Shown here in pieces: positions 34,973 to 48,560 of a stretch of 64,000 nucleotides of DNA (positions are counted from its first letter, which is position 1; each line of letters starts with the position of its first letter). Location: the NCBI RefSeq assembly GCF_028641065.1, contig NC_073405.1:20398001-20462000 (forward strand). The letters run 5' to 3'. The position numbers and the translations under genes are program-made. The DNA is from Leucoraja erinacea. Its lineage: Eukaryota. A model generated the notes under the pieces. The model was not told the DNA's origin. It was given only the letters and a program-made list of their open reading frames with translations, and searched no databases.

Positions 34973-35962
34973 GGGGCGACACGGTAGCACAGCAGCAAAG
35001 TTGCTGCCTTACAACACCAGAGGCCCAGTTCAATCCTGACTATGGGTGCTGCCTGTACGGAGTTTGTACGTTTCTCCCCATGACCTGCGTGGGTTTACTC
35101 TGGATGCTCCAGTTTGCTTTATCATCTTTACTTTTTTGCTTATTTTTTATTCATTAGTTCTATATCTCTCCACATCACTGTCAAATCTCTTGTTTCCCTT
35201 TCCCCTGACTCTCAGACTGAAGGGTCCCGACCCAAAGCATCACCTACCCTACTTCTCCAGAGATGCTGCCTGACCCGCTGAGTTACTCCAACTTTCTGTG
35301 TCTATCTTGGGTTTATATCAACATCTGCAGTTCCTTCCAACACTGCTCCGGTTTCCTCCCACACTACAAAGACCGACAGGTTTATAGGGTGATTTCACCA
35401 AATGTCAAATGAGCGTAGATCCCCCCTCACGTGACCGTGATGCCTTACTTTTGATGAAATTCAGCGAGCAAACGCGATAATTCCCGATATTTTGGATCTT
35501 TAAATCTCCACGGCAAATGTCTGCTGTTCACTTCCGCTGTTTTTCCATCTTCAGTTCCCTCTTGTAATTACCTTACTTTCTATCTTTTTTTTTGCCTGAA
35601 AATTTAGGTCGCTGTGCTTCACGGTCACCCCGACCAGCACAGAAAATTTCAGCTCAAAAATCGGCCGTTTTCCATGTTTTTAATGGGTGTGAAAGTGCGT
35701 GTTTCCCCATTCACTAACATGTACCGAAGTGACATATGTCCTCCAGTTAAATTTTTCGGTCATGTGAGGGGGGATCTACGCTCATTTGACATTTGGTGAA
35801 ATCACCCTATAGGTTAATTGGCTTTGGTAACATTGTAAATTGTCCCTAGTGTGTAGGATAGTGCACCGGGTGATCGCACGGGATTCCTGGTCGACATAGA
35901 CTCTGTGGGCCAAAGGGCCTGTTTCCATACTGTATCGCTAAACTATACTAAACTAAACTAAA
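34973..35962 (+). mobile_element. Nested cluster: V-SINE interrupted by a Penelope pLTR (35116-35343) and by a palindromic MITE derivative (35387-35807)
   Basis: The PLE insert is flanked by an 11-bp duplication tgctcc(a/g)gttt. The MITE is flanked by TATA on both sides. The SINE is continuous once both are removed. Confidence 0.85.
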
Positions 35963-36516
35963 AATCTACAGGTGACAGGAAATTTGGTGGAGTCACAGAT
36001 AGTGGAGAATGTTGTCTAAGGATACACAGGACACAGATCAGATGGAAAGTTGGGTACAGCAGCGCAGATGGAATTTAATCCAGATAAATGTGTGGTCATG
36101 TAGTCTAGAAAGTCAATTATGACAGTGGCATTAAAGAAGCATCTAGATAGGGGCATGGCCATGCAGGGAATGGAGGGATAGGGATCACGTGCCGGCAGAG
36201 GAGATTAGTTTATTTTGCCATCATGTTCGACACAGACACTGAGGGGTCTGTTCTTGTGTTGTACTTTTCCATTTTACGATTGTTAGTGTGCGCATGTGTG
36301 TGTGAAAGAGAGAGTGAGTGAGCTGGTGTGTGTGCGTGCGTGTGTATGTATGTATATGTGTAGCTGTGTGAGTTTACACTTGACTGCCTTCAGTACACAG
36401 GCACATCACTATGCTGAATGAGGAAAAGAGCCGTTGAAGACAAGGGCACAAAACCCCTGGTCTAACGGGCATCAGTGATCCCTGCTCTCCCCCTGTCTGG
36501 TGAATGCCATGGGTAC

Positions 36517-36843
36517 NNNNNNNNNNNNNNNNNNNNNNNNNNNNNNNNNNNNNNNNNNNNNNNNNNNNNNNNNNNNNNNNNNNNNNNNNNNNNNNNNNNN
36601 NNNNNNNNNNNNNNNNNNNNNNNNNNNNNNNNNNNNNNNNNNNNNNNNNNNNNNNNNNNNNNNNNNNNNNNNNNNNNNNNNNNNNNNNNNNNNNNNNNNN
36701 NNNNNNNNNNNNNNNNNNNNNNNNNNNNNNNNNNNNNNNNNNNNNNNNNNNNNNNNNNNNNNNNNNNNNNNNNNNNNNNNNNNNNNNNNNNNNNNNNNNN
36801 NNNNNNNNNNNNNNNNNNNNNNNNNNNNNNNNNNNNNNNNNNN
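36517..36843. other. Assembly gap
   Basis: Run of N. Confidence 1.
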
Positions 36844-37199
36844 TTGAGGAATATTTAAATGTGCACAAGTGTTTGAGTGAAAGCTAATGTGAAAGTTGTG
36901 TTTCTGTGGTCAAACATGGAATGTCTGTGCAGTAGTTGTTTATACGGTGAAGTCTAGGTAGATGTACAAGCAAGATCAGGAATGCCTGAGTAAGTGTGTT
37001 TTAATGTGCCATCAATGCTGGTGTGTTTGAGGGTGTGATGGTATGGAATCATTATCTGACCTCAAGGCCGCAATTACTGCCGCTCTTTCATCATTTCCCC
37101 GTATTTAAGGTGCGGCTGTTGCCATGGCTACCAGTGAAGTGATACTCTGATGTTCCATTGTTGCCGGGGTAGTGGTTGGTATGCAGTGGACGTGGCAGG

Positions 37200-37603
37200 A
37201 CTGGGGCCAGGTTAACCCCTTCCCCAATGCACCAGGTTGACCCCCTGCCCCTTACCTCTACACCAGGATACCCCCTTCCCCAACTTCCCACTACCTCCCC
37301 TCAACACCAGATAACCCCACCCCCTACCTCTCCACCAGGTTAATCTGTTTCCCAACACACCAGGTTTACGCCTCTGCCCTCTACACCAATTTAACCCTCT
37401 CCCCTCTATGCCAAGTTAACCCCCTACCCTATACCCAGGTTATTCCCTTCCTCAACACATCAAGTTAACCCCCCACCCTCCCTCCCCCCTCTACACTAGG
37501 CTTACTCTCACCCCTGTAATAAATGTAACCCTTTCTCCTCTACACCAATTTAACCCTCTCCCCCTCCACACCAGGTTAACCCCCTCCCCTTCTGTGCATC
37601 AAG

Positions 37604-37634
<31 letters not shown>

Positions 37635-38000
37635 TTCTTACATCAGTTTATCCCCCCCCCCCCCCCGTACAATAGGTCAGCCTTCCCCAGAACATTGTTA
37701 CCCCCCTGCCCCGACCCCTCACTCCCCCCCTCTCCGGCTTGATTATAATCATGTATAGCCTTTTCTTTGACTAGAAAGCTTTTTACTGTACCTCAGTACG
37801 TGTGACAATACTAAACTAAACCAAGTTACCCCCTTCTCTGTAACCAAGTAAAGCTCCTCCCCTGTAACCAATTTACCCCCCCCCCCCCCCCCCTCCCCTA
37901 TACCTCAGGTGACCCCCCCCCCCCTCTCCTGTAACCTGGTTAACTCTCCCCTGGACCCCAGAATACTCCTCTACCCCTGTAACCAGAATACCCCTCTCCT
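37200..38000. repeat. C-rich degenerate minisatellite (caccaggttaacccc-type units)
   Basis: Visible directly in the sequence. Confidence 0.75.
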
Positions 38001-38910
38001 CTGTATACTGTGTCCTGCCAGGAGGTCGGAGAGCACACAACTCACTTCCATTCTCATCCCCTGGCACTGGGTTTGGAACTTCGTCAGTCTCTCTCTCTCC
38101 CTCTCAGTGCAATAACTCTGTGCTGACCTCACCGTGCTGGGGTTTGGGCCAACAGGCAGCTTAATCCCCTGGAAAAAAATAAGGACAACTAACTCAGTGA
38201 GACTGACATTGTGAACACACGGCAATGAGTCACAGCATTAGATTTGCGTATGTGTGAGTGTGTGTCTGTGTGTGAATATGTCTCTCTGAGTGTAAGTTAT
38301 GTCTGTGTGTCTGTGTCTGTGTCTGTATTTGTGTGTGTGTGTTTGTGTAGTGTAAGTATGTGTATATGTGTCTCTATGTGTATCTATCTTTGTGAGTGTC
38401 TGTGTGTGAGTGTGTCAGGATGTGTGTGAGTGTGCGATGGTCTTTCTGTGTCATGGTGTCTGCATGTGTGTGTGTGTGTGTCTGTGAGTGTATGGGTGTC
38501 TGTGTCTGTGTGAGTGAGTCTGTGCGAGTTGAATATGGGTGTGTCTGTCTGTGTCTGTGCATGTGAGTTTTTATCCCTTGCTGCCTTTATGCCCAGCACC
38601 ACCGCCCCATTTTGGTGGTTTTAGTTTTCAAGTTACTCTATTAAAAACATTACCAACAGAGATGCTTGCTTTAAGTCTGAAGAAGGGTTTTGGCCCGAAA
38701 CGTCACCCATTTCCTTCGCTCCATAGATGCTGCTGCACCCGCAGAGTTTCTCCAGCATTTTTGTGTACCTTCGATCTTCCAGCATCTGCAGTACCTTCTT
38801 GAACACTGCTTGCTTTAAGATGTTGACCTCCACACCTGGTGTGGTGCTTCCCCTCCCTGAGACTCTCCATGTGTTTCCCGCCCCAGGGACAGCCTTGGGT
38901 GAGACTGAGG

Positions 38911-39326
38911 TAGGATTGCCAACTGTCCCGTATTAGCCGAGACATCCCGTATATTGGGCTAAATCGGTTTGGCCCATATGGGACTGCCCTTGTCCCGTAT
39001 TTGACTGCTATTACTCGGGTCGAGGGGACTGTCGGGTCAGAGCGCTGCCTCACCCATCCCAACGTAGTGCAGCCCATGGAGTGCAGCAGCAGCACCTCTC
39101 CTGTGGCCCCGTCAGTCTGCAGCCCGGCCGGCTGTCCGGCCTTCGCTTACCGCCGACACCACCACCCCTCCTTCTCATGGCCAATCATCGGTTCATGAGT
39201 TGGATACTTTGTGTGCATTCCAGCACCCGGGCCAACACATCATTCACGAAGCCATGGCCGAGTCTGTCAACGAATTGCCGTCGGGAATTTGTCCCTTATT
39301 TGGGGATGAGAAAGTTGGCAGCCCTA
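38911..39326 (+). mobile_element. Non-autonomous hAT element (same family as 2444-4396)
   Basis: TIR TAGGATTGCCAAC...GTTGGCAGCCCTA. 8-bp TSD GACTGAGG (38903-38910, 39327-39334). Confidence 0.9.
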
Positions 39327-39724
39327 GACTGAGGGCAGTCAGCGCTCCCTGGTCCCGTGAATGGCCACCTTGGTCCGGGCTCGGCAGCAGGCCGTGACGG
39401 AAGTCGGCCACTGACCCAAAGGTTGGGATTGTGTTGTTGAAGTGCAACCCGACCATGAGGAGCAGCAGTCCACATATTCGCAGGAAAGGGGGGGATGGGT
39501 AGTTGCAACCTCACACATTCCAGAGATGCCGGACTTATGCCGGCTGCAGAAATGATCAGCAGCCTGGAAATCTGGGAATGTGCGGAGTGGAGTGAGTATG
39601 TGGAGCACTCTGCACCCTGGGTGCCCTGTGCTGGGGCAGCACTGTACACTCAGCAGCAGAGGGGTCTGGGATTCTCAGAGCCTGTGTCAGATGGTTTACA
39701 TTTTGTGGCCTTTGTGTTTTACAG

Positions 39725-39808
39725 CTCGAGCTATGATGTTGTTTTCCTGCATTCCGTTGCCTACAATACGAGCTCAGCTGTCCAAACAAATAGATGAAGC
39801 TTCCTACG
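39725..39808 (+). CDS. SLC46A2: SLC46A2-like exon 2 (ARAMMLFSCIPLPTIRAQLSKQIDEASYG)
   Basis: ttttacag acceptor, 84 nt, G|GTAAGA donor, phase 1/1 compatible, SLC46 'IRS.LSK'-type motif. Confidence 0.9.
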
Positions 39809-40270
39809 GTAAGAATGCACTTTGCAGCACCGTGTAATACATTGCACAGATCCATTCTATCCTTGCAACACTGAAGGCCATTCAGCCCATCAGATCAATG
39901 CCGGCTCTTGGACCAAACCCATTTCCCACTTTGAGTAGGAAAGAACTGGGGTGGAAGATCGCAACCTTCACGTGGTCCGCCCTGTTTCGACTAATGCAAT
40001 CAACTCGACGTGCACAAACGGAAGATCAAATAGAACAAGTTGTCCAACAACTTTAGGCTGTGCACGCCACACGAAAGAAGAAGTAGAAGTAGGAATGAAC
40101 TGTAGATGCTGGTTTACAGTAAATCAAAGGTAGACACAAAATGCTGTAGTAACTCAGCGGGACAGGCAGCATCTCTGGAGAGAAGGAATGGGTGACATTT
40201 TAGGTGGCATCTTTCTTCAGACTTTTTCCACTTTATTCCCTGCAATCTATTCTTCCACACATTCCATTAA

Positions 40271-40322
<52 letters not shown>

Positions 40323-43061
40323 AGTTCCTACACTGGGGAAATTTACCTTCCAACCTGCATGTCATTGTGATGTGAGAGGAAACCCATGCAGTCACAGGGG
40401 GAGCATGTAAACTCCACGTAGACAGCAGCAGAGGTCAAGATTGAACTCCAGTTATTTCAATAGTGGGGCACTGTGCCACTGTGGTGCTCAAATTCATTTT
40501 GATCTGTTTTGGCATTTGCTGCCTACGCTCAAGCTGCTTCTCCATAAGAAATTATCAGTCGGGAAGATGGAGGCTGATGATGGTAGGAGATTGAGGGCGG
40601 CACAGTAGCACAGCGGTAGAATTGCTGCCTCACAGCGCCAGAGACCTGGGTTCGATCCTGACTACGGGTGTTGTCTGTACGGAGTTTGTATGTTCTCCCT
40701 GTGACCGCGTGGGTTTTCTCTGAGTGCTCCAATATCCTCCCACATCCCAAAGACGTGCAGGTTTGTAGGTTAATTAGCATCTGTAAATTGTCCCTATTGT
40801 GTAAGATAGAACACATGTGCAGGTGATCATGGTCAGTGTGGATTCGGTGGGTCAAAAGCCCTGTTTCTACACTGTATCTCTAAAAACTAACGAGTCACAC
40901 TGGCTACAGAGATAACATGCAGAACCAACGTTACTGGCTCACACCTTCCACAAAATACTCGCTTGATTTGGTTTAGTTTATAGATAAAGTGTGGAAATAG
41001 GCCCTTCGACACACTGAGTCTGCGCCGACCAGCGATCCCTGCACACTAACGCTACCCATTCCTTCTCTCCAGAGTTGCTACCTGTCCCGCTGAGTTACTC
41101 CAGCATTTTGTGTCTTCCTTCGATTTACTGTAAACCAGCATCTGCAGTTCTTACAATTTACAATTTTACTGAAGCCAATTAGTCTACAAACCTGTACATC
41201 TTTGGCGTGTGGGAGGAAACTGGAGAACGTGGAGAAAACCCAGGCAGGTCATGTGCAGAATGTACAAACTCCGTACAGACAGCACCCGTAGTCAGGATCA
41301 AACTCGGATCTCTGGCTATGTAAGGCAGCAACTCTACCACTACATCACTGTGCCGCCCATGTGATGGACCAGCCTTCCACTCAATCACATTGTCCATAAA
41401 TTAGCTCCTCTTTCGATCAATTCCGATTGACAATTGCTGCATTCTGTCCATTGGCCATCCGCTGACCACCCGCAAGGCTTTTCAAACTACAGTGTCCTCA
41501 CAAAGCAACTCCTCCCATCACACTATCAATAGATCACCTTCTCTTCCACTCATGCTCCTCAAACACCGTCCCCTCCTGAAACTCTACCAACGATATAACA
41601 TCCCCTCCGCCAAGCCCATCACCCACATGCCACCTCATTCTCCACCTGGACAACTGCTTCTCCAAACACCAAAGATTCTTAACCTGTAAAATTACCTCCA
41701 CACTCACATCATTGATTTATTATTCCATCCTCTGGTCGCACCAGTTCTAGACTATCTAATTAGTTCCCCCCTGGGTCATTTACACGTATGCTGAGGTTCA
41801 CTTTTCCTATCAAAACTCCAAGATTTACCTCCTTTTCAATCGCACGATCTATTGACTGCACCACCTGTAATCACAGTCAGAAATCAACGAGTGGTGGGTG
41901 CCTGGGGTGCACTGCCAGAAGCAGATACAGTATGATAATGGTGCTCAGATAAGACCATGAATATGCAGGGAATGGAGAGATATGGATCATGTGCAAGCAT
42001 GATGAGATTAGTTTAACTTGGTATCACGCTCGGCATAGACATTGTACTCCAGAGGAATTTGTTTCGGACTCGGATAAGCCTAATGGTAATGTATATTAAG
42101 ATGCCCAGGAATCAGACAGATCTGCCAGAAAGCCTGTGTGAAATGTTGAGTAGCATGGGAGGTCCAGATGTAGCTTTGCATTTGGCTTTAAGAAAGACTT
42201 GGATCCCATCCAGTCTAGCATGGAAGTGGTGGCCAACTCCAGCAGGCAGCATCTGAACAGCTGAGGTCAGTGCTTGTAGAAACATCGAACTGCAGATGCT
42301 GGTTAATACTCAAAAGTACACAAAGTGCTGGAATAATCTACTGACATTTACTACTGCTGCAGCCACAATTATAACATGGGAAAGTTGCTCCTACAATGTC
42401 AGGGCTTGTCAAGGTGGCCGTGGCAATGAATGACATTGTATTCTCTATTGTTGAATACCTGAAGCTCGCAACTATATCTTATGGATGAAACCAGGGTTGG
42501 CACAATCTTACATAGACACAAAATGCTGGAGTAACTCAGCGGGACAGGCAGCATCTCCGGATAGAAAGAATGGGTGACGTTTCGGGTCGAGAATCTTCTT
42601 CAGACTGAGAGAAGTCTGAAGAAGGGTCTCGACCCAAAACATCACCTATTCCTTCTATCCAGAAATGCTGCCTGTCCCGCTGAGTTACTCCAGCATTATG
42701 TGTCTCTCTTCAGTTTAAACCAACATCTGCAGTTCCTTTGTACACACTGGGCTCAATCTTATCACTGCTTACACAATTTCTCCACAGCTCTGCTGGTGTT
42801 TAACTGTGACTAAAATGTGCATGTTTCCACTATGTAGCTTGTAAATCAGAAGGGATTGGGGTTTGAAAGGATGACAAGATGTTATAAGAGGACTGGGCAT
42901 GAAGACATTGTCAGATCCAACCCATCCTACATCATCTGAAAACAGAAACAAAACACTGCAGATATTAGTTTACACAAAAGGACCCAAAGTGCTGGAGTAA
43001 ATGAGCAGGTCAGGCAACATCTGCGGAGAACATGGATAGGTGACGTTTCTGGTCGAGACCC

Positions 43062-43797
43062 CAGGGGTGCCCTGCCGGCAGTCTGTTCGTTTTTTCATCT
43101 TTTTGTTATTTTTATCGTTTGTTAAAAGTTTGTTTTAATGTACTTTGGTCTGTTTTATGTGGAGGGAGAGGGGGAGGGGATCTGGGGAAACTTTTTTTCA
43201 AGTTCCTACCTTCCCGGAGATGTGATCAATTTTTCGGATCACATTCTCCGGGCTCTGCGGGCCTGCCATCGCTGGAGCTGGAGGCCTCCTCGGACTGTCG
43301 TGAGCCCCACCGTGGGGCACGGACTTAACATCGGAGCGGATCCCTTGCCTGGGATCGCTCCCACCGCGGCCTGGGGATTTACCATCAAGGGCTCGCAGTC
43401 TCGGGAGAAGCAAGTCGGGAAGCTCCAACGGAGCAGAAGGTTCGACCAGCCCCAACGCAAGGTACGATTGCCCGGCGCGGGGGAGCTGACATCCCCACCC
43501 CCCGATGCAAGAGCTGAATGCCTCGACGCGGAGGGCCTAAACGCTGCCGGCTACGGGAGCCAAGACCGGAGGGCTCGAGGCCCCCGACCGAGGAAGAACA
43601 AAAGGAAGGACTTGAACATTATTTCGCCTTCCATCACAGTGAGGAATGTGTAGGAGTCACTGTGGTGGATGTTCATGTTAAAATGTGTTTTTGAGTCTGT
43701 TGCTTTTAATTGTATGACTGACCTGGCCAGTGAAATTCCTCGTATGTTGCAAAACATACTTGGCGAATAAAATCTGATTCTGATTCTGATTCTGATT
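43062..43797 (+). mobile_element. Non-coding retroposon with GC-rich body and (ATTCTG)n tail. Relatives at about 19190-19645(-), 50180-51030(-) and 52150-52412(-)
   Basis: Shared layout of T-rich head, G-run, 'cctacc' GC body and 'gccttccatcacag' 3' part, ending in AATAAA plus a microsatellite tail. Confidence 0.55.
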
Positions 43798-44354
43798 CAG
43801 ACTGAAACATCACCCACCCATATTCTCCAGAGATGCTGCCTGACCTGCTGAGTTATTCCAGCACTTTGTGACCTTTTGAGGTCTGTGCTTCCCTTATTCT
43901 GCCCTCTGGGCTCTGGATTCCAAAGTTGAAAGTATTGCATGTGTAGATAGAAGACTCCAGTTGATCCACTAGAAAGTGGAATGTGTATTTGGCAGGAGTA
44001 AGTACAATATTTATCAATGCAAGTAGTGCTTTTATATATGTAGGAAGGAACTACAGATGCCGGTTTACACTGAGAATAGACACAGAATGCTGGAGTAACT
44101 TAGCGGGACAGGCAGCATCTCTGGATGGAAGGAATGGGTGATGTTTCAGGTCAGCAGAGAGGCTGCCTATCCCGCTAAGTTACTCCAGCATTATGTGTCT
44201 ATCTTCGGTGTAGTCTGAAGAAGGGCCAAAACGTCACCATTCCTATCCAGAGATACTGCCTGTCCCCCTCAGTTACTCCAGCATTCTGTGTCTATCTTTA
44301 ATATTATATTTCAGCCCTGTGTGGCTGTGTTTGACGCCTTTTATTCTCTCTCAG

Positions 44355-44511
44355 GTTCTGTCTTCGCTTGGCTTCAGACAGCGATGGCTCTGACAGATGT
44401 GATAGCTACCCTCACCTACAACAGTCTCTACATTGCCTTCCTCGAATGGTACAGTGGCTTCTCTCTGCTCCTCGCCGCAGCCGTTTGCTGGCTCAGCACC
44501 TTGCCAGTTGT
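44355..44511 (+). CDS. SLC46A2: SLC46A2-like exon 3
   Basis: ctctctcag acceptor, 157 nt, GT|GTAAGT donor. Peptide 'GSVFAWLQ...TYNSLY...WYSGFSLLLAA'. Confidence 0.9.
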
Positions 44512-44915
44512 GTAAGTACAGTTGTGTAAGTCACACCAACAAGGGCAGCAGGAGATCATGAAACATGGGAGCAGAATTAGTCCATTCGGCCCATCGAGTC
44601 TGCTCCACCATTCAATCATGGCTGCCCCATATTTCCCCTCTCAACCTTCTCCTGCCTGCTCCCCATATGCTTTGATGCCCTTATTAATCAACAACCTAAA
44701 AATCTCAGCTTTAAAAATACCCAATGACACAGTCACAAAGTCATATTCATACAGCATGAAAACAGGCCTATCGGCAACCAACATGCCCCATCTACATTAG
44801 TCCCTCTTGCCTGCGTTTGGCCCAAACCTCTCCTGTCCAGGTATCTGTCCTATATTGTGATAGTACCTGCAGCCATCTGTAGCAATGAATCCTACAAACT
44901 CACCACCCTCTAGCT

Positions 44916-45093
44916 CAGGGCTTCCCAACCTTTTTCGTCCCGTTTACCCCTGGCAACTTTAATAGCACATAACAATGTTATCTCACTTATTTATGAACAA
45001 CCAATGATGACCAGAACCAAACACAGTCAGTCAATGAGAAAAAATATGTACAAATCCAGAATCAATAAATTGACCCCAGGTTGGGAACCCTTG
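44916..45093. mobile_element. hAT/Charlie-type MITE
   Basis: CAGGGCTTCCCAACC...GGTTGGGAACCCTTG with 8-bp TSD CTCTAGCT/CTCCAGCT. Confidence 0.8.
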
Positions 45094-45824
45094 CTCCAGC
45101 TGAAGAAATTCCTCCTCATCTCCAAACTAAAGGTGTGTCCTTTTATTCTGAGGCTGCGCTGTCTGATCCTAGACTCTCCCACTCGTGGAAACATCCTCTG
45201 CTGCAGTAGAGAAGTAGCCAAGCCCAACGGCTGACCCTATACCTTGCCGTAACCTCTGGTTACCAAGCATGGATCAATGAGTGATGGCTGACCCACAGCC
45301 ATTTACGTTTTCTCCTCAGATCACTCCCACCTGCTACACCCTGGACTGGAAGGCCATGAGGTGGATAGGACGATAGTTTAGTTTAGAGATACAGCGCGGA
45401 AACAGGCCCTTCGGCCCACCAAGTCCTCGCCGACCAGCGATCCTTGCACATTAACACTGACCTAGATATGCTAGCGACAATTTACACATACACCAAGCCA
45501 ATTAATCTACATACCTGTACATCTTTGGAGTGTGGGAGGAAACCGAAGATTTCGGAGAAAACTCACACGGTCACACGGAGAACGTACAAACTCCATACAG
45601 ACACAGTGCCGCCGCCCTAGTAATAGATCAAACTTAAATTGGCACAAGTATATGGGGAGGCTGGGCGGTTGGATTGATGTAATGTTGCAGGGAGAAAGCC
45701 GAAGGGAGTGGAATTGGTTCAGTTCTGATGCTGATGATGCACAGAATGACTTCTCTCTGCTGTTCTCTCAGTACATTTCCACCGTTGCGATGCTTAACCA
45801 TTTGTGGCTGCATTTCTGCTGCAG

Positions 45825-45939
45825 GGTTTACAGCTACAGACTGAGGAGGAGGGATGACGGCCTGGATTCTGACACACACTCCACGAGGACAATGGTCATC
45901 GATGACTTTGATGAATGTTCAACTGGCTCTTCGCAGTGA
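45825..45939 (+). CDS. SLC46A2: SLC46A2-like exon 4 (C-terminal cytosolic tail and stop)
   Basis: tttctgctgcag acceptor, phase 2 compatible, VYSYRLRRR...GSSQ*. Total CDS 964+84+157+115 = 1320 nt (439 aa). Candidate ATTAAA at 46288. Confidence 0.75.
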
Positions 45940-47283
45940 GGACACAAACCCAACCCACCGCCGGGTCTGCCAACTGTGCCGTTAAAATGTTCCAGTGGAG
46001 AATGTGGGCACTCGGAACGTGTCGGAGCCACAAATAATAGAAATTGACGAAGTTCTTCATCAAACGACTCTCTCATTGTGCTGTAGAAACAGCTCGTGTC
46101 TCTGTTTGAGAAATGTGGAGACCTTTCCAACACCCTTGTCGCTTATGGTCGAAAACTGAATTTTATTACCCAAAGGTAGTAGTACACTGGATTACCAGAC
46201 TACAGGAGCACATGGGATTACCAGCTCAAAGATCAACAGTTCAAATCCCACGTAGATGTAGATTGCTTTAGTTCTATAACACTCTTAATTAAAAGTGTGA
46301 TTACACTAAAAATGAGCATGTCCTTCAGTCACGGAGTCAACAGCAGAGAAGCAGGCCCTTCTGCTCACCACATCCGTTATGCTCATCTAGACTAATCCTA
46401 TTTGCTTGCACTAACCCTGTATCCTGCGCTTAGTCTATTTAAGTGTTTGTTCAAATGTCTCCTAAATACAGTGATCATGTCCAATTTCACCACCTCCTCC
46501 GGCAGTGATTTCCAGATATCAACCATTCTCTGTGCAAACAGACTTACCACTCAGATCCCCTTTAAATCTCCTTTCTCTCACTTTAACCCAATGCCCTCTT
46601 GTTTTGATACCCCTGTCATTGGAAAAAATTCTCATTACCTTCTTCATTCATCAATCGCCATCGCCAGCTGGGGGTTTTGACTTTGACTCTGACATCGGGG
46701 GGGGTGGGCGGAGTGCAGTGGAGAGATAAGTTTTTTTGGCCTTCCATCACAGCAATGTGATGGATGTTTATGTAAATTATGTTGTGTCTTGGGTCTATTT
46801 GTTTGTAATGTATGGCTGCAGAAACGTCATTTCGTTTGGACCTCAAGGGGTCCAAATGACAAATAAATTGTATCTTGTATCTTGTATCTTGATGCCTGAT
46901 CATTTTATATACTTCTCTCGTCATCCCTCAGCCTCCTTTGCTCCAGGTTTAGTTTAGTTTATTATTGTCTTGTGTACAGGTGCAGTGAAAAGCTTTTTGA
47001 TGCGTGTTGTCCAGTGAGCGGAAAGACTGTACATGATTACAATCAAGCCGTCCCAGGTGTACAGGGAATATATTTAACGCATGGTAAAGTCCAGTTAAGA
47101 TAGTCCAAGGGTCTCCAATAGGTAGATGATAGCTCATCCAGCCTATCTAATCTCTCCCCATTACTGAACTCCTAAAATCCAGGCAACATCTCATTGTATT
47201 TCCCCTGCACTCACTCCAGTGCAATCACTTCCTTCCAAAGTGCAGATAATACTCTAGTTGCAACGTAACTGATTTCTGGGATG

Positions 47284-48097
47284 TCAAGTCGTCAAGTTTA
47301 TTTGTCACATACACATACGAGATGTGCAGTGAAATGAAAGTGGCGATGCTCGCGGACTTTTGTGCAAAAGACAAACAACCAAACAAACTATAAACACAAT
47401 CATAACACACATATTCTTTTACATAATAAATAATGGAAGGAAAAAAGTTCAGTAGAGTTAGACCCTGGTGAGATAGGCGTTTACAGTCCGAATGGCCTCT
47501 GATAAAAAACTCCTTCTCAACATCTCCGTTCTCACCGCATGGCAACGGATGCGTTTGCCTGACCGTAGCAGCTGGAACAGTCCGTTGCAGGGGTGGTAGG
47601 GGTCTCTCATGATATTGTTGGCTTTGGTGTTGCACCTCCTGATGTATAGTTCCTGCAGGGGGGCAAGCGAAGTTCCCATAGTGCGTTCGGCCGAACGTAA
47701 TACTCTCTGCAGTGCCTTCTTGTGCTTGGCAGAGCAATTCCCAAACCAGATGGTAATTTTCCCGGACAAGATGCTTTCCACCGCCGCTGCGTAGAAGCAC
47801 TGGAGGATCCTCGGAGACACTCTGAATTTCCTCAATTGCCTGAGGTGGTAAAGGCGCTGCCTTGCCTTACTCACGAGTGCTGAGGCGTGTGATGCCCATG
47901 TCATATCCTCAGAGATGTGGACTCCCAGATATTTAAAACAGTTCACCCTATCCACAGGATCCCCATTTATCCTCAATGGAGTGTACGTCCTCGGATGATG
48001 TGCCCTCCTAAAGTCCATGATCAGCTCCTTCGTTTTTTTGATGTTCAAGAGGAGGCTGTTATCCTGGCACCAGAGTGCTAGACCAGCCACCCCCTCC
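47284..48097 (-). mobile_element. Young 5'-truncated Rex1/Babar LINE with an open 210-aa C-terminal ORF
   Basis: 'WCQDNSLLLNIKKTKELIMDFRR...FKYLGVHI...KARQRLYHLR'. AATAAA plus (CTTGA)n tail. The same tail occurs at ~4985 and ~61021. Confidence 0.85.
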
Positions 48098-48560
48098 CTG
48101 TCAGGACTTTCATATGAAGAAAGACTGGATAGACTCGGCTTGTACTCGATATAATTTAGAAGAATGAGGGGGGATCTTATAGAAACTTACAAAATTCTTA
48201 ATGGGTTGGACAGGCTAGATGCAGGAAGATTGTTCCCGATGTTGGGGAAGCCCTGGACAAGGGGTCACAGTTTAAGGATAAAGGGGAAATCTTTTAGGAC
48301 TGAGATGAGAAAAACTTTTTCACACAGAGAGTGGTGAATCTCTGGAACTCTCTGCCACAGAAGGTAGTTGAGGCCAGTTCATTGGCTATATTTAAGAGGG
48401 AGTTAGATGTGGCCCTTGTGGCTAAAGGGATATTTGGGTATGGAGAGAAGGCAGGTACAGGATACTGAGTTGGATGATCCGCCATGATCATATTGAATGG
48501 CGGTGCAGGCTCAAAGGGCAGAATGGCCTACATTTGCACCTATTTTCTATGTTTCTATGT
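48098..48560 (+). mobile_element. CR1-clade LINE 3' fragment
   Basis: Homologous to 62270-62940. Ends in (tttctatg)n. Confidence 0.85.
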
